Virus record (IMG/VR): IMGVR_UViG_3300044654_000030 | Span: 1 to 58,965 of that record | Length of the DNA: 58,965 nucleotides | Strand: one strand, 5' to 3' | Source: a virus | Taxonomy: Duplodnaviria; Caudoviricetes | Part shown: piece after piece, positions 8,729-18,348 of the stretch | How positions within the stretch are numbered: position 1 is the stretch's first letter | Layout of the letters: each line of letters opens with the position of its first letter | Translations under genes and position numbers: made by a program | Notes under the pieces: generated by a model | Database searches by the model: none | What the model was told of the DNA's origin: nothing | Seen by the model: the letters and a program-made list of their open reading frames with translations, nothing else

Positions 8729-9328
8729 TCAGCGGCCGAAGACCCGGGCGTTGATCTTGGTGTCGGCCGAGGTCGAGGTCTGGGCCTGGTCGGCGCGGCC
8801 GACGATGGCGACGACGTCGGCGGCCGTCGGCGAGCCGGCGTACTTGTTGATGCGGCCGGCGTCGGAGCTGGTCGCGGAGGTGCCGCTGGCGGCCTCGACG
8901 CGGTCGCCGATGGCGATGTTCGACAGGCCGCTGGCGACCGACTGGACGGTCGTGGGGCCCTCGATGACGACATAGAAGAGGTCGTTGTTGACCACCCCGG
9001 CGGCCGGCAGGAACTCGTCGATCACCCCGGCGATCGCCTCGGTGGCGGGCGCCGAGACGTAGCCATCGACGTAGCAGCCGTGCGGGCTGGTGGCGGCGAA
9101 CCGGGCGAGCCGCTTGGGCAGGAGGTTCTGCCCGGAGGTGTTCCTCACGACCTTCACCCGGATGCGGCGGCCGGACGGATCGTTCTGGGCATATCCGTCC
9201 GGGGCGTTCACCTCGAACGTATATTCCTTGCCCTCCAGGTTCGGGCCGCCGAGGTTGGTCGTATCGATCGTCCCGCCATTGTAGAAGGTTTCCCCCCTAG
9301 CGAATGGCGGTGCTTCGTCGCGGGCCAT
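8729..9328 (-). CDS. Probable capsid decoration/cement protein
   Basis: 199 aa, beta-rich, downstream of the major capsid gene. Confidence 0.55.
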   Translation of the reverse strand: MARDEAPPFARGETFYNGGTIDTTNLGGPNLEGKEYTFEVNAPDGYAQNDPSGRRIRVKVVRNTSGQNLLPKRLARFAATSPHGCYVDGYVSAPATEAIAGVIDEFLPAAGVVNNDLFYVVIEGPTTVQSVASGLSNIAIGDRVEAASGTSATSSDAGRINKYAGSPTAADVVAIVGRADQAQTSTSADTKINARVFGR

Positions 9329-9338
9329 GAGCGGGTCC

Positions 9339-9566
9339 TTATGAGAGATGCCGGGCCAGGGTCGCCAGACCCGCGCGGTTGAACAGGACGCCGAGGGCGG
9401 CCAGGACGCTCTGGACGGCGGCGTCGTACTGCTTCTGGGTGGCCTGGTAGACCGCCAGCCCGATCAGGCCGGCGGCGGCCAGGTAGGTCTTGTAGCCGTG
9501 GGGCCCGGCGGGGGCGGGGTCCGGCACGATGGGCCCGTGGGGCGGGTCGAGGTAGGTCGTGCTCAT
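9339..9566 (-). CDS. Holin-like small membrane protein
   Basis: GYKTYLAAAGLIGLAVY plus a second hydrophobic helix; 75 aa. Confidence 0.5.
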   Translation of the reverse strand: MSTTYLDPPHGPIVPDPAPAGPHGYKTYLAAAGLIGLAVYQATQKQYDAAVQSVLAALGVLFNRAGLATLARHLS

Positions 9567-9727
9567 GGCGTCCTCGGGGGCCGGGTCGCCCCGGGCTCGA
9601 CCCCGGCCCCGGGGCTGACGGCGGGGCGTGGGGCGTCGTGGGGCGGCGGGGGCGACTTGACGTTGCCGCGGGGCTTGCGCGAGCCCGCGGGGCCGGACTG
9701 GTGGGCGGAGCGGGGCTTCTTGGGCAT
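9563..9727 (-). CDS. Small basic Pro-rich protein
   Basis: MPKKPRSAHQ..., coupled to neighbours. Confidence 0.4.
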   Translation of the reverse strand: MPKKPRSAHQSGPAGSRKPRGNVKSPPPPHDAPRPAVSPGAGVEPGATRPPRTP

Positions 9728-9729
9728 CG

Positions 9730-9888
9730 TCACTTCCCCTTCCGGCCCTCGCCGTCGTGGGCCTCGATCGCACGGCGCTGGGCCTCGGCCTGGGCCCGGG
9801 ACTGGGGCTTCTTGCTGAAGCCGCCGGGGTGGTGGGGGCTCGTGACCTTGTACCCGCCCCCGGCGACCTTCTTGACCTTGTATGGCAT
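9730..9888 (-). CDS. Small basic phage protein (52 aa, not in ORF track)
   Basis: Translated by hand: MPYKVKKVAGGGYKVTSPHHPGGFSKKPQSRAQAEAQRRAIEAHDGEGRKGK. Confidence 0.65.
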   Translation of the reverse strand: MPYKVKKVAGGGYKVTSPHHPGGFSKKPQSRAQAEAQRRAIEAHDGEGRKGK

Positions 9889-9908
9889 AGCTGGGTGGTC
9901 GATCCGGC

Positions 9909-11006
9909 TTAGGTGAGCTTCTTGAAGGCGACCTGAAATTTCGGATTAAACACACAGTTGCCATAAAAATCCACAGAGAACCGCCAGCTCTTGGTGGCGA
10001 TGTCGAGGTCGGGGCCCTCGGGGACGAAGACCTGCGCCTGCTGCGACCTGAGCTCCATCATGTCCACGTTGAAGCCGTAGCCGGTCGCGGGCGTGATCCC
10101 GTACTCCCAGGTGATATCAACACCATCTTGATTGATGATATCAGAGAACCCCAGCGCGATCAGCGGGCTCTTGTCGGCCTGGCGCTCGACGACGATCCGC
10201 TCCTTGGTCCGGTAGAGGGCCTTGTACGAGCGGAACATCTCGTCGTCGCACATGATGACGTCGAGCATGCCCTTCTGGCTCTTCGACTTCTTGGCCTTCA
10301 CGATGCCGAAGCTGATGGCCTCGACGCTGTTGTTGGCCCAGGTGTTGTTGGGGCTGGCGCCGCCGGGGAACAGGCTGTCGCCGTAGTCAACGACGATGGG
10401 GCTCCAGAAGTCGAACTGCGCGTCGCCGCGGCCGTTGGGCCACGCGGGCAGGCTGCCCGGGTTCCAGGTGCCGCCGTAGAAGCCGGGGACGCAGGAGATG
10501 CCGGCGTAGGTCGCCGTCGGGGCGCCGGCGCCGTTGCCGGCGACCGCGTTGGCCGACAGGAACGACTCGATCCCGTGCATCCGCTTGGAGTTCGCGGGAT
10601 CATATCCATTGGTGTAGAATTCTTCCCCGAACGCATCTTCCATATCATCAATCAAGTCTTTACTGATATCGTCGTAAAGCTTGATGATAGCTTCAGTTGA
10701 ACGATTCTGCAAATACTCACCCTTGGTCATGGAGTCCGTGGTCGAGTACCCGCGCCAGTCGAGGAAGGCGGTCTTGTACCGGTCCTTCCGGCTGAACTCC
10801 AGCGTGTCGCCGTCGGCGAACGGGGTCAGCTTGACCCGCTTGTACTTGACCTTCCAGTCCATGCCGATGCCGGACCAGTTGAAGCTGATGCGCCCCTTCG
10901 ACTTGAGCAGGGCGGTCAGCTTACGATTGCGTAAAATATTAATTTCACGCTCTTTGATGTAATTCCGGATGGTGGAATTCACGATCCGGGACCAGGGCGC
11001 CGGCAT
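9909..11006 (-). CDS. Major capsid protein (HK97 fold)
   Basis: 365 aa; RMHGIESF, LGFSDIINQDGVDITWE, C-terminal GNCVFNPKFQ; follows a scaffold-like gene; strong RBS GGAGGT. Confidence 0.8.
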   Translation of the reverse strand: MPAPWSRIVNSTIRNYIKEREINILRNRKLTALLKSKGRISFNWSGIGMDWKVKYKRVKLTPFADGDTLEFSRKDRYKTAFLDWRGYSTTDSMTKGEYLQNRSTEAIIKLYDDISKDLIDDMEDAFGEEFYTNGYDPANSKRMHGIESFLSANAVAGNGAGAPTATYAGISCVPGFYGGTWNPGSLPAWPNGRGDAQFDFWSPIVVDYGDSLFPGGASPNNTWANNSVEAISFGIVKAKKSKSQKGMLDVIMCDDEMFRSYKALYRTKERIVVERQADKSPLIALGFSDIINQDGVDITWEYGITPATGYGFNVDMMELRSQQAQVFVPEGPDLDIATKSWRFSVDFYGNCVFNPKFQVAFKKLT

Positions 11007-11033
11007 ATGTTCACCTCCAAGGGTGAATATGTG

Positions 11034-12161
11034 TTACGCGATCTGCTGGAAGTCCGCGTCGGTGATCCCCTCGGCGGCGAACTGCTCTCGGAGGACCTCG
11101 GCCAGCGACCGGCCGCCGGTGGCCGGGGCGGTGGCGCCCGGGACGGAGCCGCGGCGGCCGGGCTCGACGGCCTGGCCCGGGTTGACGTCGGGGCGGCCGC
11201 GGGCGTGCCGCGCCTGGGCGCCGGCGCCGCCGGCCTGGGCCTGGGCCACGGCGAGCTCGCCCTGGAGCAGGCTGCGGGCGAGGTGGTCCTGGGCCCGGGG
11301 GTCGGTGACGCCGGCCGCCCGCAGGGACTGGAGGTGGGCGATGTACCGGGCGCCCAGCGGGGTGGGCACGTACCGCCCGTCGGCGCCGACCAGGCGCCGG
11401 CCGTGGGCGTCCACCTGGTAGATCCAGGGGGCGTTCTGCTCGACGATGGAGGAGACGGTCGCCTGGACCTGGTAGCCCTGGTACTGCTCCTGGACGACCT
11501 GGCGGGCGATCTCCTGGGCGCGGGCCTCGACCATCGGGGCGATCATGCCCATCGGGTCGCGCTGGAACCGGCCCATCCAGTCGGCGTACGCCTGCACCGC
11601 CTCGGCATATTCGGGGTTGACGCCCGGCTTGGCGCGCCACAGGCCGGTCGCCTCGTCGCGATCCACGAGGTTCAGCCACCGCTCATCGAACGGCGGCGGC
11701 TGCCACGCGGGGGGCGCCTCGGGGGCCTGCGCCTGCTGCGCCTGGGCGGCCTGGGCCCGGAGGTACTCCTGGACGCCGCGGTAGTGGGGGGCGAGCTGGC
11801 GGCCGAGCTGGGTGTAGTAGTCGTCCTGGCGGGCCGCCTGGGCGGCCTGGACCAGCGCGACGAAGGCGGCGTGGTCGTCGGCGTGCTGCGAGAGGTCGAG
11901 GCCGTAGTCGCGGGCGGCGTCGCGGATCGACCGCGGGGCGGCCGGGGCCAGGTTCGGGTCGGCCGGAGCCGCCGAGGCGACACCGGACGCGGCCGGTGCT
12001 TCGGCGGCCTCCGAGCCGTCGAGGAATTCGGGCCGGTCCGCCGACGGGCCGACGGCCGGCTCGCCGCCCGATCCGGCGTCCGGGGGCGGGGCGGATTCGG
12101 GCGGCGCGCCCCCGCCCTCGGCGGCGAGCGGGTCCAACAGCAGGAGCCTCGACAGGTCCAT
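11034..12161 (-). CDS. Capsid scaffolding protein
   Basis: Acidic Pro-rich N-terminus, Ala/Gln-rich helices, directly upstream of the capsid gene. Confidence 0.7.
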   Translation of the reverse strand: MDLSRLLLLDPLAAEGGGAPPESAPPPDAGSGGEPAVGPSADRPEFLDGSEAAEAPAASGVASAAPADPNLAPAAPRSIRDAARDYGLDLSQHADDHAAFVALVQAAQAARQDDYYTQLGRQLAPHYRGVQEYLRAQAAQAQQAQAPEAPPAWQPPPFDERWLNLVDRDEATGLWRAKPGVNPEYAEAVQAYADWMGRFQRDPMGMIAPMVEARAQEIARQVVQEQYQGYQVQATVSSIVEQNAPWIYQVDAHGRRLVGADGRYVPTPLGARYIAHLQSLRAAGVTDPRAQDHLARSLLQGELAVAQAQAGGAGAQARHARGRPDVNPGQAVEPGRRGSVPGATAPATGGRSLAEVLREQFAAEGITDADFQQIA

Positions 12162-12241
12162 CGCGTCCTCGGATCGGCGGTTGCGGCGTGGGGGCGGGCC
12201 GCGCCCGCCCGAGAATACCTACCCCGCGGCCCGGGGCCCTC

Positions 12242-12270
12242 TTGCCTTTTTCGGCATCACGCCATAAATT
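12242..12270 (+). promoter_or_regulatory. sigma70-like promoter
   Basis: TTGCCT-17 bp-TAAATT in the divergent intergenic region. Confidence 0.55.
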
Positions 12271-12336
12271 GTCAGGCGAGCCCCGGGGAGGCGCCCGGCG
12301 GCCGGCAACCGGACGAACATCCAGGAGGTGGCGGCG

Positions 12337-12615
12337 ATGATGCTGGCGATGGGCTTCGGCGAGAAGGCGAGCGTGAACCGGGTGGAGACCTTGTACCTGG
12401 TCGTCGCGGCCGACGAGGCGGGCCAGGAGGCCGTCGGGTTCGCGCAGTTCCCCAACGGGATGCGGTGCCCGCTGGTCTCGGGGCGGCTCCCCGAGGCCAT
12501 CAACCTGGCGACCGAGTCGGCCAACCGGATGGGGGTGCCGACCACGATCGTGCGGTTCGCGCGGGGGTCGGTCGTGGCCGAGATCCGGCCCGAGGCGGAG
12601 GCGCCCCGACGATGA
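12337..12615 (+). CDS. Hypothetical protein
   Basis: RBS AGGAGGT. Confidence 0.6.
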   Translation: MMLAMGFGEKASVNRVETLYLVVAADEAGQEAVGFAQFPNGMRCPLVSGRLPEAINLATESANRMGVPTTIVRFARGSVVAEIRPEAEAPRR

Positions 12616-12747
12616 GCCGCGACCATCGCGCCGAGAAACTCAGCGCGCCCGGACGTTTCGGCCCGATGATGCCCAGGCACGCGAGCCCGGCGAGAGGCGA
12701 TCGCGACCGCGATCGGCCGGGGATGGTGCGTGCCACGGGGGCAGGCG

Positions 12748-13374
12748 ATGAGCAAGGCGCAGTGGTATCCGACGCCGGAGATCGAGCGGGCGTACGCCAA
12801 CTATTCCCACGGGCTCAGGAGCCGGGTCCGGCAGCTCATGGAGGCCCTCGGGCTGACCGACGAGGAGCTCAGCCTCAAGATGGAGCGGACCGACTCCTAT
12901 ATCCGCCAGCTCCTGAGGGAGGGATTCATCCCGAGGCGGGGCGCCATCCAGGCGATGGCGCGGGTCCTGGGCGTGACGGAGGAGTACCTGCGGTTGGGCA
13001 CGATTTCCGCCGCCCCGGGGGCGGCCGGCGACGTCGAGGGCGGGGACGATGATCAGCACGACGAGGAGGACGAGGACGTGACGCCGAATCATGAGACCAC
13101 CCCGAAGGACGGGGCCGTGCTCCCGGCGACGACGACGGCCGTGCCGACCGAGCGGCCCTGCGGGGCCGAGCGGGCGGCCGCGGACGATGGGCACCTCCGG
13201 GTGCCCCCGGCGCTGGTCCAGTACGCCTACCGGTCGGGGCTCCCGCTCCCCCATGCGGACGCCCTGCTCCTGATCTGGGAGAATGCCCTGGAGACGACCG
13301 CGTTGACCAAGCGACGCGAGCCGACGGCGGAGGACTGGGGGAAATTCCACGCGGCCTTCAAGGATTTCCTGTGA
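12748..13374 (+). CDS. XRE-family HTH regulator (candidate repressor)
   Basis: RVRQLMEALGLTDEELS...IRQLLREG..P....IQAMARVLGVTEEYLRLG. Confidence 0.75.
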   Translation: MSKAQWYPTPEIERAYANYSHGLRSRVRQLMEALGLTDEELSLKMERTDSYIRQLLREGFIPRRGAIQAMARVLGVTEEYLRLGTISAAPGAAGDVEGGDDDQHDEEDEDVTPNHETTPKDGAVLPATTTAVPTERPCGAERAAADDGHLRVPPALVQYAYRSGLPLPHADALLLIWENALETTALTKRREPTAEDWGKFHAAFKDFL

Positions 13375-13394
13375 TCTGAAGGGAGGAGGAGCCG

Positions 13395-14015
13395 ATGTCG
13401 CGACCGTACCTGATCGGCGACCTGGTCCGGGTCGGCGGCTCGTGGGGCGGGATGCAAGCCCTGGTCAAGCTGGTCCACGGCTCGGCCGTGGAGGTCCGGC
13501 TGGCGAACGGGCTCTGCACGACCGTGGACGCCGGGGACCTGACGCCGGTGCCGATGTTCGACGACAGGACCCTCGACGAGACGGCGAACTTCGCCGAGGA
13601 GGTGGCCGCCGCGGGGGACCCGGGCCCCGCGGCGCTGCTCCTGCAAGTCCAGCGCGAGGCGATGACCGACATGATCGCCAAGGCCCTGGGGCAGTGGCCG
13701 GAGTGGGCGCCCGTGGTCCGGGCGTTCCTCGACGACGTCGCCCGGGTCCCGGGCATCCGGGTCGGGCAGCGGGCGACCCTGCTGCGGAGCCGGCTGCTCC
13801 AGGAGATGGGCGGCCTGGGCGTGAAGGAGGGGCACCGCCTCGGCTTCGCGGTGCTGATGTTCGAGGTCGCGCTCCAGGTCGTCAACTGGGACCGGCTCAT
13901 CGACGTCCTGTCCGGCCGGCGGCCCCTGGGGTGGGAGCCGGCCCGGCACGCCGCCCCGGAGCACGAGCGGAAGATCCTGGCCGGCCCGGTCGCCGAGGAG
14001 GTGGAGGCCCCATGA
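13395..14015 (+). CDS. Hypothetical protein with KOW/SH3-like N-terminus
   Basis: IGDLVRVGGSWGGMQALV; RBS GGAGGAG. Confidence 0.65.
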   Translation: MSRPYLIGDLVRVGGSWGGMQALVKLVHGSAVEVRLANGLCTTVDAGDLTPVPMFDDRTLDETANFAEEVAAAGDPGPAALLLQVQREAMTDMIAKALGQWPEWAPVVRAFLDDVARVPGIRVGQRATLLRSRLLQEMGGLGVKEGHRLGFAVLMFEVALQVVNWDRLIDVLSGRRPLGWEPARHAAPEHERKILAGPVAEEVEAP

Positions 14016-14365
14016 CGATCCCGACCGAGCCCCCGACCGAGGAGGACCTGACCCCGACGATCGCCGTGGACGGATACGCGATCGGGATCGCCGACCCCCG
14101 CGACGGCCACGCCCTCCCCGGGCGGGAGATCCACGTCCTCCTGGAGTTCCCGCGCCCGTTGCTCCACGATGTGCAGGGTGATACGGTCCAGGTCGCCCTG
14201 CGCCTCGGCTCGACCGAGTCCGTCGCCGAGCTGATCGGGTTCCTGAAGTCGTTGTGCCCGGTGGCCTGGCCCGAGGAGTCCCCGACCAATGGATCGCAAG
14301 AGCGACCGGACGCGCAGCCCGTACCCGATCCCGGAGCCGGACCGGACGCCGCAGAACCTGGATGA
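14012..14365 (+). CDS. Hypothetical protein (paralog of next gene)
   Basis: MTIPTEPP...; ATGA coupling. Confidence 0.6.
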   Translation: MTIPTEPPTEEDLTPTIAVDGYAIGIADPRDGHALPGREIHVLLEFPRPLLHDVQGDTVQVALRLGSTESVAELIGFLKSLCPVAWPEESPTNGSQERPDAQPVPDPGAGPDAAEPG

Positions 14366-14600
14366 GATCGGGGTGCCGGCCTACGTCGTGGATGCGTACG
14401 GGGTGGCGTCCTGGTGCCCCGCGCGGGACGGGACGGGGCCGGCCACGCAGGTCCACCTCTGGTTCGAGGCCGGCGGCGTCCGGTTCGTCATCCGCCTGAA
14501 GTCGCCCCAGGAGTGCGACCGCCTGATCGCCATCCTGGAGCGTCACCGCCTCGACGTCTGGCCCGAGGAGGCGTCCGATGCCCCGCACCCGCCCGCGTGA
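14289..14600 (+). CDS. Hypothetical protein
   Basis: RBS GAGGAG; VIRLKSPQECDRLIAIL. Confidence 0.65.
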   Translation: MDRKSDRTRSPYPIPEPDRTPQNLDEIGVPAYVVDAYGVASWCPARDGTGPATQVHLWFEAGGVRFVIRLKSPQECDRLIAILERHRLDVWPEEASDAPHPPA

Positions 14601-14922
14601 GCGGCCGCTCCCCGTGATGCCCTCGCAGTGTCCGTCCTGCATCTTCCGCACCGACGGCCACCAGGCCGAGCTGCGCCCGGGCCGGCTGGACGAGATCCGG
14701 GCGTACCTGATCGCCGGCGCGCCCCACGCCTGCCACTGGCCGCAGACGCACGGCGGGCCCCGCCGCGCCTGCCGGGGCGGGCGGGACTTCCAGCTCCAGT
14801 GCTGGCATCGCATGGGCATGATCCCCGAACCGACCGACGCGGCCCTGGCCGAGGCCATGCGGTCCTATGGCTTGTTGCCCCCCGAGCCGGAGACGACCGA
14901 TGAGCCTGCCGTTCCATCCTGA
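14578..14922 (+). CDS. Cys/His-rich metal-binding phage protein
   Basis: CPSCIFR...HACH...CRG. Confidence 0.65.
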   Translation: MPRTRPRERPLPVMPSQCPSCIFRTDGHQAELRPGRLDEIRAYLIAGAPHACHWPQTHGGPRRACRGGRDFQLQCWHRMGMIPEPTDAALAEAMRSYGLLPPEPETTDEPAVPS

Positions 14923-15310
14923 AGACCCGGAGCTCCTCTGGGCCCGCTACCCCGCGGCCCTCACCCGAGTCTTCCGGGCCGAGGAGATCGCCGCCGGGGG
15001 CGAGCGTCCGGGGGAGCTCCGGGTCCACGTCTTCGACTGGCCCGACGGCCTGCGGATGATCATCAGCCGCGAGGACGTGGGGACCGGGCGGGCCGTGCTG
15101 CACGTCAGCGCCTCGTTCGAGCCCGGGACCCCTCTCTTCCACGACATGATGAACCAGCCCGACCCGCTCTCCAGCCTCCTGGAGCTCGTCCCCGTCCGCT
15201 TCCGGGAGCTCAGCGGGGACGACCGCCCGCTCCTCATGGCGGCCATCGACCTCAACGCGATGACCCCGCACTGGGTCATGCTCCGCGACGAGCCCGCCCC
15301 CGATGCCTGA
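14900..15310 (+). CDS. Hypothetical protein
   Basis: MSLPFHPEDP...LHVSASF. Confidence 0.6.
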   Translation: MSLPFHPEDPELLWARYPAALTRVFRAEEIAAGGERPGELRVHVFDWPDGLRMIISREDVGTGRAVLHVSASFEPGTPLFHDMMNQPDPLSSLLELVPVRFRELSGDDRPLLMAAIDLNAMTPHWVMLRDEPAPDA

Positions 15311-15527
15311 GACGCCCGGGGAGTGGCTGCTGCGGGTCGAGGCGCCGCACTTCGTCGCCGGGGCGATCTTCCGGCGGACGCCGGCGCGGGGCTGGACCTG
15401 CGTCCGCGCGGCCCCCATCCTCGACTGGATGACGGGGAAGGCCCTCATCTCCGTGAAGCCGTACCTGGACCGCAAGGGGTGGGGGCAGACCTGGTCCCCG
15501 CCCCCCGGCGGCACGGGTGGCGTTTAG
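15303..15527 (+). CDS. Small phage protein
   Basis: APHFVAG...AAPILDWMTGK. Confidence 0.6.
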   Translation: MPETPGEWLLRVEAPHFVAGAIFRRTPARGWTCVRAAPILDWMTGKALISVKPYLDRKGWGQTWSPPPGGTGGV

Positions 15528-15535
15528 GCGTGAAC

Positions 15536-15736
15536 ATGGAAATCATCATCCGGCTCCAGGTGTCGAAGCCCTGCACGATCCTCCCCGGGGAGCGGTTCGA
15601 GTTCCGCGCCCGCCCGATGGCCCACCAGGATGGGGGCGAGGCGGCGCACCTGTACCTCGCGTTCCTCGCCTCGGTCTCGCAGATCTCCGGGCGGCCGATC
15701 GTCATCGACCTCGTCGAGCCGCCGGACCGGGGCTGA
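15536..15736 (+). CDS. Hypothetical protein
   Basis: MEIIIRLQVSKPC... Confidence 0.5.
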   Translation: MEIIIRLQVSKPCTILPGERFEFRARPMAHQDGGEAAHLYLAFLASVSQISGRPIVIDLVEPPDRG

Positions 15737-16173
15737 AGGCCGAGTGTGTAGCGGCAAAAATCGGGGAGGGGAAGATTAGTAACCCGTGCGCGCGATTGGG
15801 GGCCGGAGGGGGTCGCCGCAAGTCCAGGTAGGGCTTTGGGTTACGTTGGACACTACCGGTCGAAGACGTGTCCAGCTTGCCCAGATTACCCAGATTAACG
15901 ACGAATCGCCTCCGCCTAGCGCCCGTCCAGGCATGGACGCCTGCCCACCTATCCGCCTGCATACCTGATCGCCTACCCATCTGATCATCAGCTCACTGCT
16001 CCCAGCACTCTAGGGAACCGCGGGCGCGTGCGCCCGGGCGTGTTCCTCTATGGCACGCGGGACGGCGGGGGAGTGTGGCTTTTTCGCCACGCCAGTCCCG
16101 CACGGTCAGGCGTGGCGTATGATGGGTGTAGAGGCGAGAGAGAGCAACGACAGGCACACCTGAGGAGCGACCG

Positions 16174-16473
16174 ATGGAGTATCCGTACACGCTTTACGAG
16201 ACTTACCACGGTGGCATCGTGGAGCACGGTGGCATCGTGGAGATCGAAAACTTCCCGACGCTCGGGGAGGCGATCGACAACGTGACCGGCTACGGCGGTT
16301 GGTGGGAGGAGGATGAGGAGCGGTCCCGCGGGCAAGTCGGCTGGATTACGGGCCCCGGTGGGCGCGTCGAGGCGACGTTCTTCGAGCGCGGCCCCGGGCG
16401 GGATCTCGTCGTCACGCTGGCGAACGGCGAGACCACCGTCTACCCGATGCCGGTCGAGTACGTGACGGACTGA
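16174..16473 (+). CDS. Acidic early protein
   Basis: RBS GAGGAG; 99 aa. Confidence 0.7.
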   Translation: MEYPYTLYETYHGGIVEHGGIVEIENFPTLGEAIDNVTGYGGWWEEDEERSRGQVGWITGPGGRVEATFFERGPGRDLVVTLANGETTVYPMPVEYVTD

Positions 16474-16478
16474 CCACA

Positions 16479-16530
16479 TCCCGGTTGTGTGTGTCGAAAA
16501 TTCGCAACGCGACGACACACACAACCGGGA
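16479..16530. repeat. 18-bp perfect inverted repeat
   Basis: TCCCGGTTGTGTGTGTCG-16 bp-CGACACACACAACCGGGA. Confidence 0.85.
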
Positions 16531-16581
16531 GTGACGTAGAGTCGAGTGACGGGCAAGCGACACACACCTGAGGAGCGAGCG

Positions 16582-16851
16582 ATGTACGCCATCGGCACGG
16601 TTGACGCCTACGGGCACGCCATCCCCTGCACGCGCATCGGTTGCCTGGAAACTTGGCGCTTCGGCAAGCGCCAGATCGAGTTGAGCGGGACGCCGGAGCG
16701 CGGTTTTCGGGTCCGAACCTGGCATCAGGTCTGGCCCGACATGCCGGCCTCACTGGAGTTCGACGAGACCACACCTTGGCGCCGGGAAGCGCTGGCGTGG
16801 GTCCGCGCCGAGCTGAAGTTGGCGGTCCGGCTGGCGAACCGGGGCGAGTGA
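16582..16851 (+). CDS. Early hypothetical protein
   Basis: RBS GAGGAG; MYAIGTVDAYG. Confidence 0.65.
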   Translation: MYAIGTVDAYGHAIPCTRIGCLETWRFGKRQIELSGTPERGFRVRTWHQVWPDMPASLEFDETTPWRREALAWVRAELKLAVRLANRGE

Positions 16852-16944
16852 TGCTTTTTCGCCACGCGACGACACGCACGACAGAGAACGACGTATATTC
16901 GGGTGACGGGAACGAGAGGCACGCATCCGAAGGGAGAGAGCGAG

Positions 16945-17136
16945 ATGGGTTACGCGCAGGTTCCGATGGTCATTCGTCCGTTCCGGTGGCTGTTCTCGCG
17001 AACTTGGGACCGCGTCCCATGCTTCGGCGACGTGAATCACAAGACGGGCGGCTGGCGCGATCGCGCCGATGAAGCGATCTGCCGGTTGGCGGAGCTGTTC
17101 CCGGATTCGTGGTACGACCAGAACGATCCGTGTTAG
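16945..17136 (+). CDS. Early hypothetical protein
   Basis: MGYAQVPMVIRPF; followed by hairpin 17147-17172. Confidence 0.55.
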   Translation: MGYAQVPMVIRPFRWLFSRTWDRVPCFGDVNHKTGGWRDRADEAICRLAELFPDSWYDQNDPC

Positions 17137-17364
17137 GGATCACCCCGCCCACCTGCCCACCGGCAGGTGGGCCCACTCCCGGGCCCGGAACGCCGGGCCT
17201 GAGAGCGGGCCCACAAGCCCACCGGATCGGCCGCAACGGCGGTCAATCCCGAGTGCCGACGTGCAACCCCTGATGACAACCCGCCACGCGGCGGGACGGG
17301 GGACGGACCGCCCCGAGGGGCCCCAACAATGCATTGTTCGGCGCGACCAGCAAGCGAAGGAGTC

Positions 17365-18348
17365 ATGACCGTGGCAGACGAGATGCAACCCCAACCCGAC
17401 CAGCCGCAACCCGACCAGCCGCAAGGCGCCGACGCCGGGGGCCCGCTCCCGGAAGTCGATGAGGCGACCGCCAAGAAATTGGCGAAGAACGATGAGGCCA
17501 TCGCGAGGATCGTCAACCTGGCGATCGCGACACTTGACCCGCGCGACATGCTCAAGAAGTATGCGAAGCTGGGCAAGGCTGCCGCGGACCATGCGATCTG
17601 GCAGAAGGCGCAGTTTCCATCGTGGGGCGCCGAAGACTTCGACCGGCTCTGCGATCAGATCGCGGATCGGGTCAAGATGCAGGTCGCGATCCAATCGGTT
17701 CGGATCTCGACCTACGTTCGCGTCCATTTCTGGCTTGAGGCGGTCAAGCCGATGGTCCCGGACGCGGACAAGCTGTCTTACTATCAGGTCGTCAATCATT
17801 TCCTCCCGACCCTCTCGTTCAACCCCGTGGACTTGGCGGGCAAGATCAAGGATGGGTGGGTCGATGTGGTGCGCGATCTGGTCGCGCAACAGATCGGCGA
17901 CAACCCGCTCCCCATCAAGGAGCTGAAGGCTATCCTTCAGGACCATGCCGACGCGATGGCCGCGGAGCGCGATGCCCAGAAGGGCCCCGAGAAGCTGGCC
18001 GAAGAGAACCGCAAGAAGTCGGTTCGTAAGGCCACCCGGGAGGAGAACAAGCTGCGCGAGCAGATTACGATGGGGATCGACTCCGCGCTCGGCGGGACCC
18101 TGGAACCGGAGTCGGTGGTCGGCATCCTCCAGAAGGTGGCCGCGGACCGCGGTGTGACGCTCCCCAAGGTGGGGGTTGACCCGCACGCGATGGCGCCGAA
18201 ACAGGTCCCGCAGTTCGTGGCGGCGCTCAAGGCCCGTGGGGACGTCGCTCTGGTCAGGGCCCTGCGCGACCAGCTTGACGCGCTCATCGCCGAACTGGAG
18301 ACTCCGGCCACGACAGGGGACTTGCAAGCCGAGCGGACCGCCGCTTGA
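17365..18348 (+). CDS. Hypothetical helical protein, lower GC3
   Basis: RBS AAGGAG; QPDQP repeat at N-terminus. Confidence 0.8.
   Translation: MTVADEMQPQPDQPQPDQPQGADAGGPLPEVDEATAKKLAKNDEAIARIVNLAIATLDPRDMLKKYAKLGKAAADHAIWQKAQFPSWGAEDFDRLCDQIADRVKMQVAIQSVRISTYVRVHFWLEAVKPMVPDADKLSYYQVVNHFLPTLSFNPVDLAGKIKDGWVDVVRDLVAQQIGDNPLPIKELKAILQDHADAMAAERDAQKGPEKLAEENRKKSVRKATREENKLREQITMGIDSALGGTLEPESVVGILQKVAADRGVTLPKVGVDPHAMAPKQVPQFVAALKARGDVALVRALRDQLDALIAELETPATTGDLQAERTAA

Larger units (their letters stand above)
16080..16944 (+). promoter_or_regulatory. Three related promoter/RBS modules
   Basis: TTCGC(C/A)ACGC followed 35-36 bp later by TATGAT, TAGAGT or TATATT; CACACCTGAGGAGCGA-N-CGATG before genes 1 and 2. 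Confidence 0.6.
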
